Source: Microgenomates group bacterium Gr01-1014_5
GTDB lineage: Bacteria; Patescibacteriota; Microgenomatia; UBA8517; UBA10165
Assembly (NCBI GenBank): GCA_007376395.1
Contig: VMGE01000004.1
Coordinates: forward strand, 6,431-70,430
Direction: 5' to 3'
Length of the DNA: 64,000 nucleotides
Shown here: positions 18,262-27,837 of the stretch, one piece after another
How positions within the stretch are numbered: the first letter of the stretch is position 1
How the letters are laid out: every line of letters begins with the position of its first letter
Notes under the pieces: generated by a model
The model's database searches: none
Seen by the model: the letters and a program-made list of their open reading frames with translations, nothing else
What the model was told of the DNA's origin: nothing
Position numbers and translations under genes: made by a program

Positions 18262-19803
18262 ATGTCATCGACTTATTACTTGAAGTATCGTCCGCAAAGA
18301 ATTTCTGAACTTGATCTTGAAAGTGTCCGTGGTCAGCTGCAAAAGATTGTTTCTTCCGGGCGCATGCCGCACGCGTTTTTGTTTCCCGGTCCCCGCGGCG
18401 CAGGTAAAACTTCAACCGCCAGGATTTTAGCGAAAGTGCTCAACTGTGAGCACTTAGAACAAAGTTACGAACCCTGTAACGAGTGCTCTCAGTGCAAGGA
18501 AATAACACGCGGCGCAAGTTTGGATGTGGTCGAAATAGACGCCGCTTCAAACCGCGGAGTTGACGACATCCGCTCTCTTCGCGAAACAGTCAAGCTTGCC
18601 CCAATCGGAGCAAAGAAAAAGGTTTATATCATTGACGAAGCTCACATGTTAACTACTGAAGCGGCAAATGCTTTATTGAAAACTCTTGAAGAGCCGCCCT
18701 CCCACGCAGTTTTTATTTTAGCGACAACTGCGCCTGAGAAACTTTTAGATACTATCCGTTCCAGGTGTACGACTATTTCTTTCTATAAAGGGAAAGAAGC
18801 AGAAATTATCCGGGCGCTTAAAAAGGTTGTAGAGGGTGAAAAGTTAGAGATTAACGAGGAGGCTTTGACTGAAATTGCCCGCGGGGTTGACGGTAGTTTT
18901 CGCGAAGCTCATAAGATTCTTGAGCAATTGTCATTCACAAAAGGCGCGATTACACAGGAAGCTGTGCGCGGGCTTACACAAGAGAATTTTGCCGACCCCG
19001 CGACTTTACTCGCGCTTCTTGCCAAAAAAGAAACCAAAGCCGCGCTTTCCGAGGTTGATGATTTGGTCAATAAAGGGATAAACCTTAAAACTTATTTAAC
19101 AGGCGCCATGGCAGTATTGCGTAAATCTCTTTTAACAAAAATGGGGGCAATAGAAGACGTGGTTATCGAAGGTTTGGAAGTTCGAGATCACCAAGTTTTG
19201 ATTGAGTATCTTACGGACGCGGCACGGCTTTATCCGACTGCTCTTATTCCGCAACTGCCTTTGGAGATTGCGGTGGTGAAGTGGTGTGTGGGAGGTAAAG
19301 AGAAGTTAGAAGTTAGAAGCGAGAAGCTAGAGGAAGAAGTGGGAAGTGGGAAAGAAAAAAAAGAGGTATCAGAAATATCCCACGTCTCACCTCGAAACGA
19401 AGTGATTCCCACGTCCCAAGTCACACCTCTCATGTCCAAACTCAGCCCATCTGAGTTGGACAATCTCTGGCCGCAGATTATGAAACTTACAAAGGAAAAG
19501 AATCATTCCGTGGAAGCCTTGTTGCGCGCGGCGCGCCCGACTGCGTTTGACGGAAAGTTTTTACAAATCGAAGTTTTTTATAAATTTCATAAGGAACGTT
19601 TAGAAAAAGAGCCTTACAGAACTTTAGTCGAAGAGGTTGCCGCCAGTCTCTTGGGAGGACCTTTAAGACTGACCTGTGTTTTAACAGAAGGACAAAAACG
19701 GGCGGCAGATGTGCGGAATGTGACAACCCCCGAAGACGAAGAATTGGCAAAACTCGCAGAAGATATTTTCAACACTGCGTCCGGCAACGGTAAGATTCAT
19801 TAA
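18262..19803 (+). CDS. dnaX: DNA polymerase III subunit gamma/tau
   Basis: YRPQRISELDLESVRGQL...FPGPRGAGKTSTARILAKVLNCE, zinc module C..C..C..C, IIDEAHMLT. Confidence 0.9.
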   Translation: MSSTYYLKYRPQRISELDLESVRGQLQKIVSSGRMPHAFLFPGPRGAGKTSTARILAKVLNCEHLEQSYEPCNECSQCKEITRGASLDVVEIDAASNRGVDDIRSLRETVKLAPIGAKKKVYIIDEAHMLTTEAANALLKTLEEPPSHAVFILATTAPEKLLDTIRSRCTTISFYKGKEAEIIRALKKVVEGEKLEINEEALTEIARGVDGSFREAHKILEQLSFTKGAITQEAVRGLTQENFADPATLLALLAKKETKAALSEVDDLVNKGINLKTYLTGAMAVLRKSLLTKMGAIEDVVIEGLEVRDHQVLIEYLTDAARLYPTALIPQLPLEIAVVKWCVGGKEKLEVRSEKLEEEVGSGKEKKEVSEISHVSPRNEVIPTSQVTPLMSKLSPSELDNLWPQIMKLTKEKNHSVEALLRAARPTAFDGKFLQIEVFYKFHKERLEKEPYRTLVEEVAASLLGGPLRLTCVLTEGQKRAADVRNVTTPEDEELAKLAEDIFNTASGNGKIH

Positions 19804-19826
19804 AAATTGTAAATTGAAAATTAAAA

Positions 19827-19849
19827 ATTCCCAAATTATGTTATAATTT
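19827..19849 (+). promoter_or_regulatory. perfect 10-bp inverted repeat containing TATAAT (CCCAAATTATgttATAATTTGGG)
   Basis: Read directly. Lies between dnaX and the ybaB-like ORF. Confidence 0.4.
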
Positions 19850-19855
19850 GGGCAT

Positions 19856-20081
19856 ATGTTTCAAAAGATGCAGCAAGCCAAACAGCTTTGGGATTTACGC
19901 AACAAAGCTATGGCGATGCAAAAAGCGCTCGCGCAGGAATTTGTCACTATTGAGAATTGACGGAACGGAAAACCGCAATGTCGCAGAAGCGGTGAACGAG
20001 GCCATTAAAGAGTCGCAGAAAATCGCCGCTAAAAAAATCCAAGAAATGGGTGGAGGGTTAGGCGGATTGCTGGGAGGTTAA
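19856..20081 (+). pseudogene. ybaB: degenerate YbaB/EbfC-like gene (frameshift plus internal deletion)
   Basis: Frame 1 MFQKMQQAKQLWDLRNKAMAMQKALAQEFVTIEN* matches the YbaB N-terminus. A second frame carries IDGTENRNVAEAVNEAIKESQKI...GGGLGGLLGG, the YbaB C-terminus. The central beta-core is absent. Sits in the conserved dnaX-ybaB-recR position. Confidence 0.5.
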
Positions 20082-20093
20082 TTAAAATAGCGC

Positions 20094-20396
20094 GTGGTAG
20101 CAATGACTGAACTAGCTGAAGGAGTTAAAAGGACACCTTTGCCTGCCGGGACGTGTATCAGTACCGGGCCGGATTTTGATGGAATGCCTCTTGAGCGCCT
20201 ACCTGAAAATGCAGTTTTAGTGCATATTGATAATGGTAAACGTCCGGCCAGAGATGGCCGAGGTAGGGGTATTTGGTTTTATGGAGAAATCGAATCTCCG
20301 CCGGAGTTGAGAAATTCATATCCGGGTAAGGTTTGGGCTCGCTTGGAGGTAAAAAAAGGCAGGCAAGGTGGGCACTGGCGCGGTTCTAATGTATAA
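20094..20396 (+). CDS. doubtful ORF in the ybaB-recR spacer
   Basis: ORF only. No recognisable motif. Confidence 0.2.
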   Translation: MVAMTELAEGVKRTPLPAGTCISTGPDFDGMPLERLPENAVLVHIDNGKRPARDGRGRGIWFYGEIESPPELRNSYPGKVWARLEVKKGRQGGHWRGSNV

Positions 20397-20404
20397 TTTG
20401 AACA

Positions 20405-21028
20405 ATGCGCATTCCCCAAGCCATAAAGCGTTTAATTGAAGCCTTCGAGAAACTTCCCGGCATAGGTCCAAAAACGGCACAGCGTTTAACTTTTTATCTT
20501 CTGCATGTTCCCCAAGGACAATTGGAAGGTTTTGCCGAAGCTTTAGCGAGCCTTAAGAAAAATACAGTTCTTTGTTCTGTCTGTAAAAATGTGGGTGAGA
20601 CAGACCCGTGTTCAGTATGTGCCAACTCTGCGCGGGATCACAGTACGATTATGGTTGTTGAACAGCCGTTAGACCTATTGGCTCTTGAGCGGACAGGTAA
20701 ATATCATGGTGTTTATCATGTTTTGCATGGCGCGATTAATCCAATGGATAATATCGGCCCTGATGAGATATTTATCGGGAAGTTAATTGAGAGAACTAGA
20801 GAATTAAGTGAATCAACCCCAAATATCGAAATAATCCTTGCTACCAATCCAACAATGGAAGGCGAGGCCACAGCAATGTATATAAAAAAACAGCTTCAAG
20901 AACTGGAAAATGGACATTGGAAATTGGAAATTTCCCGTCTGGGCGTTGGGTTGCCGACCGGAGCGGATTTAGAATACGCAGACGAAACAACACTAATGCG
21001 GTCAATAGAAGGACGAAGAATTTTTTAA
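20405..21028 (+). CDS. recR: recombination protein RecR
   Basis: HhH IGPKTAQRLTFYLL. C4 zinc finger CSVC...CSVC. Toprim region. Confidence 0.9.
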   Translation: MRIPQAIKRLIEAFEKLPGIGPKTAQRLTFYLLHVPQGQLEGFAEALASLKKNTVLCSVCKNVGETDPCSVCANSARDHSTIMVVEQPLDLLALERTGKYHGVYHVLHGAINPMDNIGPDEIFIGKLIERTRELSESTPNIEIILATNPTMEGEATAMYIKKQLQELENGHWKLEISRLGVGLPTGADLEYADETTLMRSIEGRRIF

Positions 21029-21031
21029 AAT

Positions 21032-21484
21032 ATGCAACCGACTGCCAAAAAACCTAAAGATAAAAAAAGAATATACACACAAAATCCTTTCGAGGAACCT
21101 CTAAAGATTTTAGAAGAGGCAGGAAAACAACTTTCTGGAGATTATTCTCCTGCGAACCAGCAAGAACAGCAAACAGAAAATACATCAGCGGTAGATCATG
21201 CTGCAATTAAAAAACGCGAACAGAGACATTATCAGACTTTCCAAAACGAACTAATCGAAATTAGAAACATTCAAAAAGAGAGAGAACAAGAGCGTCAACA
21301 ATTGAGGGTGCAGGAAGAACGGCAAAAACAGATGCAAGAAGAACAGAAAAAGAAAAAAGAACAAGAAGGGCTAATTGAACCAATTACCCGCAAGGCAAGA
21401 GGAATGCTCGGGGGTGCAGGGGCAATGCTGGGGGTTAAAAGAAAACAGCGAAGCACAGAATTGGTAAAAACGCCGAGCAACTAG
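21032..21484 (+). CDS. hypothetical Lys/Glu/Gln-rich coiled-coil protein
   Basis: Low-complexity ORF. Its stop codon TAG is the first unit of the downstream heptamer repeat. Confidence 0.35.
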   Translation: MQPTAKKPKDKKRIYTQNPFEEPLKILEEAGKQLSGDYSPANQQEQQTENTSAVDHAAIKKREQRHYQTFQNELIEIRNIQKEREQERQQLRVQEERQKQMQEEQKKKKEQEGLIEPITRKARGMLGGAGAMLGVKRKQRSTELVKTPSN

Positions 21485-21514
21485 AGACTAGAGATTGGAG
21501 GTTAGAGGCTAGAC
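21481..21514 (+). repeat. tandem heptamers CTAGAGA CTAGAGA TTGGAGG TTAGAGG CTAGAC abutting the ATG at 21515
   Basis: Read directly. Confidence 0.8.
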
Positions 21515-21874
21515 ATGGCAGTTGATTTTACAGAGCTAAGAGTTTGGCAGATTGCACATAAACTAACTATCGATATTTATCTTCTTACAAAGAAGTTCCC
21601 TAAAGAAGAAATCTACGGACTAATTAGCCAACTTAGGAGGGCGGCGGTTTCTGTGGAAGCTAATATTGCAGAAAGTCATGGACGGTTTCATTCGGCTGAT
21701 ATTGTCAGATTTTTACTAGATTCTCGAGGGTCTATATATGAAGTTCAAAGCCTACTAATGATATCCCAAGACGTGGGCTATTGCACGAGTCACAGTACAG
21801 ACGCTTTGTTGAAACAGTATTCAGATCTTGCGAAACAAGTTAACAGTTTAATTAGATACAAAAGAAACAATTAA
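21515..21874 (+). CDS. four-helix-bundle protein (23S rRNA intervening-sequence protein family)
   Basis: WQIAHKLTIDIYLLTKKFPKEEIYGLISQLRRAAVSVEANIAES is the family signature. Confidence 0.65.
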   Translation: MAVDFTELRVWQIAHKLTIDIYLLTKKFPKEEIYGLISQLRRAAVSVEANIAESHGRFHSADIVRFLLDSRGSIYEVQSLLMISQDVGYCTSHSTDALLKQYSDLAKQVNSLIRYKRNN

Positions 21875-21944
21875 AACAAGTTCTGAGTAATCCAGCCTCC
21901 AGTCTCTAGTAGTCTAATCTCATCTGTTGTACAATTAGCTTCAG

Positions 21945-23363
21945 ATGATTACTCTCTACAACAGCCTAACTCGCTCCAAAGAGGAATTTACTCCCATAAA
22001 TCCTCCTCACGTTTCGCTCTATACTTGTGGGCCGACGGTTTATGATTATCAGCATATTGGAAACTGGCGGACCTTTGTTTTTGAGGATATCCTGCGCCGG
22101 ACTTTAGAGAAAAACAACTACAAAGTTAACCATGTAATGAATGCAACAGACGTAGGGCACTTGTCAGGCGACAACTTGGGAGACGCCGACACAGGTGAGG
22201 ATAAAATGGAAAAAGGGGCTAAGCGCGAGAAGAAAAACGTTTGGGATGTGGCCCAATTTTATTTGGATGACTTTGTTCAAACCCGCGAATGGCTAAATAT
22301 TCTTCCTCCGGCAAAGTTTGTCCGCGCAACTGAATTTATTCAAGAACAAATCGCGCTAATCCAAAAACTGCTGGACAAGGATTTAGCCTACGAAACCGAG
22401 ACAGGCGTGTTTTTCAGTGTTGACAGCTATCCTGAGTATGGGAAACTATCAGGACAAAAGTTGGTTGATAAAAGGGTGGCTTCAAGAGAGGAAGTAGAAG
22501 AAGACAAATTAAAGAAAAACCCTGCCGATTTTGCGCTTTGGTTTAAGACAGTCGGTAAATTTGCAGACCACCAAATGCGCTGGCCTGCTCCTTGGGGAGA
22601 AGGGTTTCCGGGATGGCACATTGAATGTTCGGCTATGGCTATGAGTTTGTTGGGGGAACAAATTGATATCCACACAGGAGGCGTTGACCATGTAGCAATT
22701 CATCACACGAATGAAATCGCGCAATCTGAAGGAGCAACGGGTAAGCCTTTTGCTAAATACTGGATGCATGGAGAATTTTTGATGGTTGACGGGGGGCGTA
22801 TGGGAAAATCTTTAGGCAACGCTTATACGTTACACGACATTAAAGGAAAGGGCTTTGACCTTTTAGCTTTGCGCTATTTATATCTTGGGGCACATTACAG
22901 AGATAAATTAAACTTTACTTGGGATTCTCTAGAGGCTGCGCAAACGGCGCTGGTAAGGCTAAGAAATCAGTTCATAGCGCACAGCGAACAGCGTATAGGT
23001 GTGGAAGCAACTTCAGATACGGGAAAGATGTATTTACAAAAATTTATGGATGCTATAAATAACGATTTAAACACACCCCAAGCTTTAGCTGTCGTTTGGG
23101 AAGCTGTAAAAAGCGACTTACCTCAAGAAGCAAAAAGATCTTTACTGCTCGGTTTTGATAAAGTACTGGGGCTAGGACTGGAGACAGAAATAGTGACGGA
23201 AGCAGAAACCTCCCAGGAAGTACAAGAGCTGGTAAGCGCGCGGGAAGAGGCGCGCAGAGAGGGGGATTTTGCAAAAGCGGATCAGGTTCGACAACGCCTT
23301 GAAAATTTGGGTTATACAGTAAAAGATACTAAGTCCGGACCGCTGGTTGTACCGAAGGTCTAG
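21945..23363 (+). CDS. cysS: cysteinyl-tRNA synthetase
   Basis: YTCGPTVYDYQHIGN (HIGH region) and KMGKSLGN (KMSKS). Confidence 0.9.
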   Translation: MITLYNSLTRSKEEFTPINPPHVSLYTCGPTVYDYQHIGNWRTFVFEDILRRTLEKNNYKVNHVMNATDVGHLSGDNLGDADTGEDKMEKGAKREKKNVWDVAQFYLDDFVQTREWLNILPPAKFVRATEFIQEQIALIQKLLDKDLAYETETGVFFSVDSYPEYGKLSGQKLVDKRVASREEVEEDKLKKNPADFALWFKTVGKFADHQMRWPAPWGEGFPGWHIECSAMAMSLLGEQIDIHTGGVDHVAIHHTNEIAQSEGATGKPFAKYWMHGEFLMVDGGRMGKSLGNAYTLHDIKGKGFDLLALRYLYLGAHYRDKLNFTWDSLEAAQTALVRLRNQFIAHSEQRIGVEATSDTGKMYLQKFMDAINNDLNTPQALAVVWEAVKSDLPQEAKRSLLLGFDKVLGLGLETEIVTEAETSQEVQELVSAREEARREGDFAKADQVRQRLENLGYTVKDTKSGPLVVPKV

Positions 23364-23952
23364 CCTTTTGTATGACTACTACTTCTGCTATGAACCTATA
23401 ACCTTTCCCGAGTACCGTTACAATAATATCTTCTGGTAGACCAAACTCTTCAAGTTTCCTTCTTAAATGATGAATACTTGTCTTAATATTTTGTTCAGAA
23501 GAAGAGAACCCAGCGTCATTAAGTGCGCACCTAACATTGTCGTGGGTGGCAATATTTCCTTGTTTAGAGATAATAGCTGAGAAGAATACTGAGAGTCGAT
23601 TCGTAAGAGTAAAACGCCCTTCCGGTGTGTTGATAGTTCTGATTTCAGGATAATATGCGCTGTCTAGAAATTGATAGACTGCGCCTGAAGATAAAGGCTC
23701 TTTTCCTGTGTTTGTTGTTTTTAGACGCACCTCCTTCGGTGTAAACACGCCGAGTTCCACAAGACCTTGTCCCATCGTGTTAACGAAATCTGCATAGGTT
23801 ATTTTTCCGTTAGATCCCCTTAGACCTGGTACCTCATTAACCGCCTCGTAACATCTCTCTATCAACCTTTTAACGTATTCGTAATATGCTTCCGTTTTTT
23901 CCCGTTCTGTTATCATGTTGGGTATTATATCAAAAGGTAGCGTTTTGCGCAC
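23329..23952 (-). CDS. OmpR/PhoB-type winged-helix DNA-binding protein without a receiver domain
   Basis: C-terminal NIKTSIHHLRRKLEE...IVTVLGKGYRF matches the trans_reg_C domain. N-terminal 110 aa unassigned. 35-nt convergent overlap with cysS. Confidence 0.5.
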   Translation of the reverse strand: MRKTLPFDIIPNMITEREKTEAYYEYVKRLIERCYEAVNEVPGLRGSNGKITYADFVNTMGQGLVELGVFTPKEVRLKTTNTGKEPLSSGAVYQFLDSAYYPEIRTINTPEGRFTLTNRLSVFFSAIISKQGNIATHDNVRCALNDAGFSSSEQNIKTSIHHLRRKLEEFGLPEDIIVTVLGKGYRFIAEVVVIQKARPSVQPAVRT

Positions 23953-23989
23953 CTTTTTGTGTGCTACAATCAGTTAAAGCCCTGCCTAT

Positions 23990-24625
23990 ATGCAAGAGTT
24001 CTTTTGGAAGCACGACGCCTCAATAAAGTCTGTTTTTGTAGTTATTCTTCTTGTCTTAGTGATGTGGATTGTTAGTTTGCAAAGCCAGCTGACCTTTGTT
24101 CCTGCAACACCTCCCGAAGTAATTACAAATGACGTTTGCGGGGAAGATTGCAAGAAGACGATACAAGAAATTGTTACAGAGTCAGTCTCGTCGATTTCTG
24201 CCTCGCCGAAAATTGTTTATGCAATTCCAAAACAAACCGGTAATCAGCAAAAAGTAACTTATAACCAGCAGGTTACATATATTCCAATTCCCGGAGGGTT
24301 TTCAACCCGTTTAACAGAATGGTCGGACGTGGCGCGATCCGAGGTTTATATCGATCTTGCGGAGTATTCCAGCGAGCCATATATTGACTGGGAAGCAACG
24401 GTAAGAGCAGTGAGCGGCAATATACAGGTACGTTTGTTTGACGTGACACACACGATCGCTGTGGGGGAAAGCGAAATAAAAAGTGTCTCCAGTACCTTTA
24501 CCACTATTTCTTCTGGAAACATAAGTTTGTGGAGAGGTAAAAATTTGTACCGAGTACAGGTAAAATCATTGGACGGATCCGAAGTTTTCTTCGATTCAGG
24601 GAGAATAAAAATAGTTTCAAAATAG
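23990..24625 (+). CDS. membrane-anchored hypothetical protein
   Basis: Single N-terminal TM helix. No motifs. Confidence 0.4.
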   Translation: MQEFFWKHDASIKSVFVVILLVLVMWIVSLQSQLTFVPATPPEVITNDVCGEDCKKTIQEIVTESVSSISASPKIVYAIPKQTGNQQKVTYNQQVTYIPIPGGFSTRLTEWSDVARSEVYIDLAEYSSEPYIDWEATVRAVSGNIQVRLFDVTHTIAVGESEIKSVSSTFTTISSGNISLWRGKNLYRVQVKSLDGSEVFFDSGRIKIVSK

Positions 24626-24680
24626 TAAGCAGTGGTCAGTAACCAGTAGTCAGTGAGTTAGTAGTGAATAGAGTGATTAG
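24626..24680 (+). repeat. heptamer-periodic leader (CAGTGGT CAGTAAC CAGTAGT CAGTGAG TTAGTAG TGAATAG AGTGATT AG) abutting the ATG
   Basis: Read directly. Confidence 0.75.
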
Positions 24681-25040
24681 ATGGACAATTTAGAATTTGC
24701 AAAAAGGCTAGAAGTAAGGACAGAACGATTTGCCGATGACGTGTATGTTCTTTGTCGTGCGTTGGAGAAAGTAGATCTAGTTGTAAAAGAAATTATATCT
24801 CAATTAGTAAGGTCAGCAGGTTCTGTAGGATCAAATTACATAGAGGCGAACGAAAGTTTAAGCAGGAAAGACTTTTTTCATAGGATCAGGATATGTCGGA
24901 AAGAGAGCAGAGAATCTCGTTTCTGGCTTAAGAGACTATTAATTTTGTTACCAGAGAAACACACTAAAGAAGTCAATCGCTTAATAAGTGAATCTTCAGA
25001 ATTCATTTTGATTTTTTCTAAAATATTAACTAAAGCATAA
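24681..25040 (+). CDS. four-helix-bundle protein (second copy, same family as 21515..21874)
   Basis: LVRSAGSVGSNYIEANESLSRKDFFHRIRICRKESRESRFWL is the family signature. Confidence 0.65.
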   Translation: MDNLEFAKRLEVRTERFADDVYVLCRALEKVDLVVKEIISQLVRSAGSVGSNYIEANESLSRKDFFHRIRICRKESRESRFWLKRLLILLPEKHTKEVNRLISESSEFILIFSKILTKA

Positions 25041-25099
25041 CTGTTTACTTTATTTACTGATTGTTTACTGTTAACTGAATACTGGATACTTTAATACAT
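25041..25099 (+). repeat. TACTG-periodic leader (..TTAACTG AATACTG GATACTT TAATACA) abutting the ATG
   Basis: Read directly. Confidence 0.6.
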
Positions 25100-25753
25100 A
25101 TGAAATACAGTGCTGTTCTTTTTGACCTTGATGGGACAATTTTAGATAACGAGGATGTTTACGGCAAGGCTTTTGCCGCTGTTTTTAATAAACATAAAAT
25201 TCCGCCTCTTGATAGCGAATACCCGCACACTCCGGGAATCGGCATGGAGGCTAACTGGAAAGCTCTAAAAGAAAAATACGATGAGTTACGCGATGTTTCG
25301 GTTGTACAGCTGGTGCATGAAACCCAAGGAGAGTATCACGACAGAATTAGAGACGTGGTTATCCGTCCCGGATTTTTTGAATTCCACCAAGCATTAATTG
25401 ACAAAGAGGTTGTTGTGGCTCTGGCGACCTCAAACGACTGGTGGCTGGTCGAGGACGAATTGGACGACCTGGATTTACACCGGTATTTTGAAACAATTAC
25501 AACAGGTGAAGAGGTCTATGAACGCAAACCTGCGCCCGATATTTTTATTCTTACTGCCCGCAAAATTCACGCCGAACCGGAAGATTGCATTGTTATCGAG
25601 GATTCGCGAGCAGGAGTTAAAGCCGGAAAAGAAGCAGGAATGAAAGTTGTGGTAATCCGCAATTCACACAACACACAAGAAGATTTTTCAAATGCAGATT
25701 TAGTCGTTGAAGGTTTTTACGACCTTAACCCGCAGGTTCTTGAAAATCTTTAA
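25100..25753 (+). CDS. HAD-superfamily hydrolase (beta-phosphoglucomutase-like)
   Basis: Motif I FDLDGTILD. Motif IV region IEDSRAGVKAGKEAGM. Confidence 0.8.
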   Translation: MKYSAVLFDLDGTILDNEDVYGKAFAAVFNKHKIPPLDSEYPHTPGIGMEANWKALKEKYDELRDVSVVQLVHETQGEYHDRIRDVVIRPGFFEFHQALIDKEVVVALATSNDWWLVEDELDDLDLHRYFETITTGEEVYERKPAPDIFILTARKIHAEPEDCIVIEDSRAGVKAGKEAGMKVVVIRNSHNTQEDFSNADLVVEGFYDLNPQVLENL

Positions 25754-26943
25754 TCCTCGTCGTCTTCTTCTTGGGTAAATTCAACACCTTTTTTCAAAAA
25801 ATAGTTAAGCGCTCTTTTATTGTTACCCACGATCTCTTTTAAATTTTTAATAACTTGATTTAAAGGCATTAGATTTCTGCGTACATATTTCCCAATAAAA
25901 TTAACCCATATTTTTTGCTCCTCTTCTGTAAATCTGTTGCCAACGAACTCACTGTTTGAGAAAGTAAATTTGAAAGGTATGACTGGAATGAGTTTATTAA
26001 TTCCAACTATGAAAATAGCAGATGCGATGCCGAGTGCCTTAGGCACTTGTCTAGTCTTTTCTTTTGCTAAAAACGCATATCCTGTCGCGGGATTTTTAAA
26101 GACTGTACCAAATTTTTCTGCCAATTTATCGATAAATAAACACAAAAAATCATCTGCGTTATCAACTAGTTTAATAATGCCAGCAAGATCTATTACATCT
26201 TTTATGTCTACGTTAGTGTCTAATTTGTGACAAATTTTAGAAATTGCTCTTAAAACTGGTTCACCAGCTATTACAAATCGCTCTTTGCTGGTTTGATAGT
26301 CCGGAAGAGTCTCAATTAAATAAGTATCAACTTTATTCCAAAGTTCTATCATCGGTGATTCGAAAATATCTCTCTCAACAACGTTTTGAATAATTGCCAT
26401 CAAAGGTTTTTCCTCATTGCTTAAGCCGCTAGAAAAAGATAAGCGTTGAGAGAGATTGCCCGCTTTTTTGACAAACGTTGCGTACCAAACTTTATCCAGG
26501 ATCTCTACAATAACTTCTGTGTCGTTATTTTCAAAAAACTTGATTTGTATGCCTTCTTTGAGCGGTTGTTCGTGGTTTCTCGTAGAAATACGCACGTAGA
26601 CACCACTTAACAAACTATGCACTTTTATTGATTTTGGATCTTTAGCCTTTATTCCGAGCGCATAACACTCGGCTGTAAATTCATTTGTGGAATCTGTCAA
26701 ATTATCTATAATAATTTGCCTGTTAGGATTTCCTGGTTCTCCTAAAAAAATCTTTCCGCTATCTGAGGTAATTTTAATACCTCTTGCTAACATTCCTCCA
26801 AAAATTGCTGCTTGATGTAATTTATCTGCGAGGTCTACAGTTGCTGTTTCTATCCATCCGACAGAGAGAATAGATGCAGGTATTTTTTCGCCCAGCAAAA
26901 CTGCTTCTTGAGGTAAAATGCGCGGACTTCTTTCTGAACTCAT
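25750..26943 (-). CDS. hypothetical protein
   Basis: 397-codon ORF. No motif I can assign. Confidence 0.4.
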   Translation of the reverse strand: MSSERSPRILPQEAVLLGEKIPASILSVGWIETATVDLADKLHQAAIFGGMLARGIKITSDSGKIFLGEPGNPNRQIIIDNLTDSTNEFTAECYALGIKAKDPKSIKVHSLLSGVYVRISTRNHEQPLKEGIQIKFFENNDTEVIVEILDKVWYATFVKKAGNLSQRLSFSSGLSNEEKPLMAIIQNVVERDIFESPMIELWNKVDTYLIETLPDYQTSKERFVIAGEPVLRAISKICHKLDTNVDIKDVIDLAGIIKLVDNADDFLCLFIDKLAEKFGTVFKNPATGYAFLAKEKTRQVPKALGIASAIFIVGINKLIPVIPFKFTFSNSEFVGNRFTEEEQKIWVNFIGKYVRRNLMPLNQVIKNLKEIVGNNKRALNYFLKKGVEFTQEEDDED

Positions 26944-27034
26944 GAAGCTATTATATCAATTTTGAAGCCGATAGTAAACTGTTATTTGCAGGTGTTGACA
27001 AAGTCTGATATATAGTTAACAATTGTCTTGTTAA

Positions 27035-27823
27035 ATGTCTGCCAAGAATAAAAGTATACAAACGACGGACGAGTCGGTTATAGTTGAGGAAGTACAACCT
27101 GCTGAAGAGACAGAGCAGACAGACACATCTGGCCAAAGTAGTACCGAAACAGCAGATACCCCTGCCATAGACACTTCTGCCCAACCAAGTGCTGATGTTA
27201 CGGATTCGTCCGCTAGCAACACGCCCGAGACAGAACAACAACCAGAAATGGAACAACACGATACAGAACAAACACAAACCCCTAAAGCAAATGATTTTTT
27301 TGGTGCTCCTCCTGAGCCGTCAAAGGGCGGAATCCCCAAAGTCTTAATAGCAGTTATCTTACTTATTGTTGCCGGAGGCGCGGCAAGTTTTATGTTCCTT
27401 GGCGGTGGAGGGCAGTTTTTAGGGGTTAAAACAGAAGCAACTCCCGCTCCGATTACGGAAGAAATTCCAACCCCCATGCCTTCACCAGAGACAGAAGTGA
27501 TTGATTTAACAGAATTTACTGTTAGAGTTCTTAACGGGACAGGAACTGCCGGAGAAGCGGGCAAAGTAAAGGTTTTATTAGAGGAAGCTGGATTTGAAGA
27601 AATTAAGACGGGTAATGCGCCTTCAGATGACAATACTATAACCACAGTTTCTGCAAAAGCAGACGTTCCGGCAGGAGCGGTAAAAGCTATAGAAAATGCC
27701 TTGAAAGGCACATTTACAACCGAGGCTGGAGACGCGCTGGCAGAAGACTCTGATTATGACATCGTGGTAACTACCGGCGGCGCGAGTGCAAAAGACGCTA
27801 CCGGATCTGCAGAAGAAGAGTAA
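27035..27823 (+). CDS. LytR_C-domain (cell-envelope-related) protein with acidic low-complexity N-terminus and a TM helix
   Basis: TVRVLNGTGTAGEAGKVKVLLEEAGFEE...TTVSAK matches the LytR C-terminal domain. Confidence 0.6.
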   Translation: MSAKNKSIQTTDESVIVEEVQPAEETEQTDTSGQSSTETADTPAIDTSAQPSADVTDSSASNTPETEQQPEMEQHDTEQTQTPKANDFFGAPPEPSKGGIPKVLIAVILLIVAGGAASFMFLGGGGQFLGVKTEATPAPITEEIPTPMPSPETEVIDLTEFTVRVLNGTGTAGEAGKVKVLLEEAGFEEIKTGNAPSDDNTITTVSAKADVPAGAVKAIENALKGTFTTEAGDALAEDSDYDIVVTTGGASAKDATGSAEEE

Positions 27824-27837
27824 CGGCCCATTAAAAT

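Noticed and set aside
25750-26943. FtsA/PilM-like actin-fold assignment for the 397-aa minus-strand protein
   Set aside because: No phosphate-1/phosphate-2/adenosine motifs (DxGxxxxK, GGG) could be identified. Left as hypothetical.
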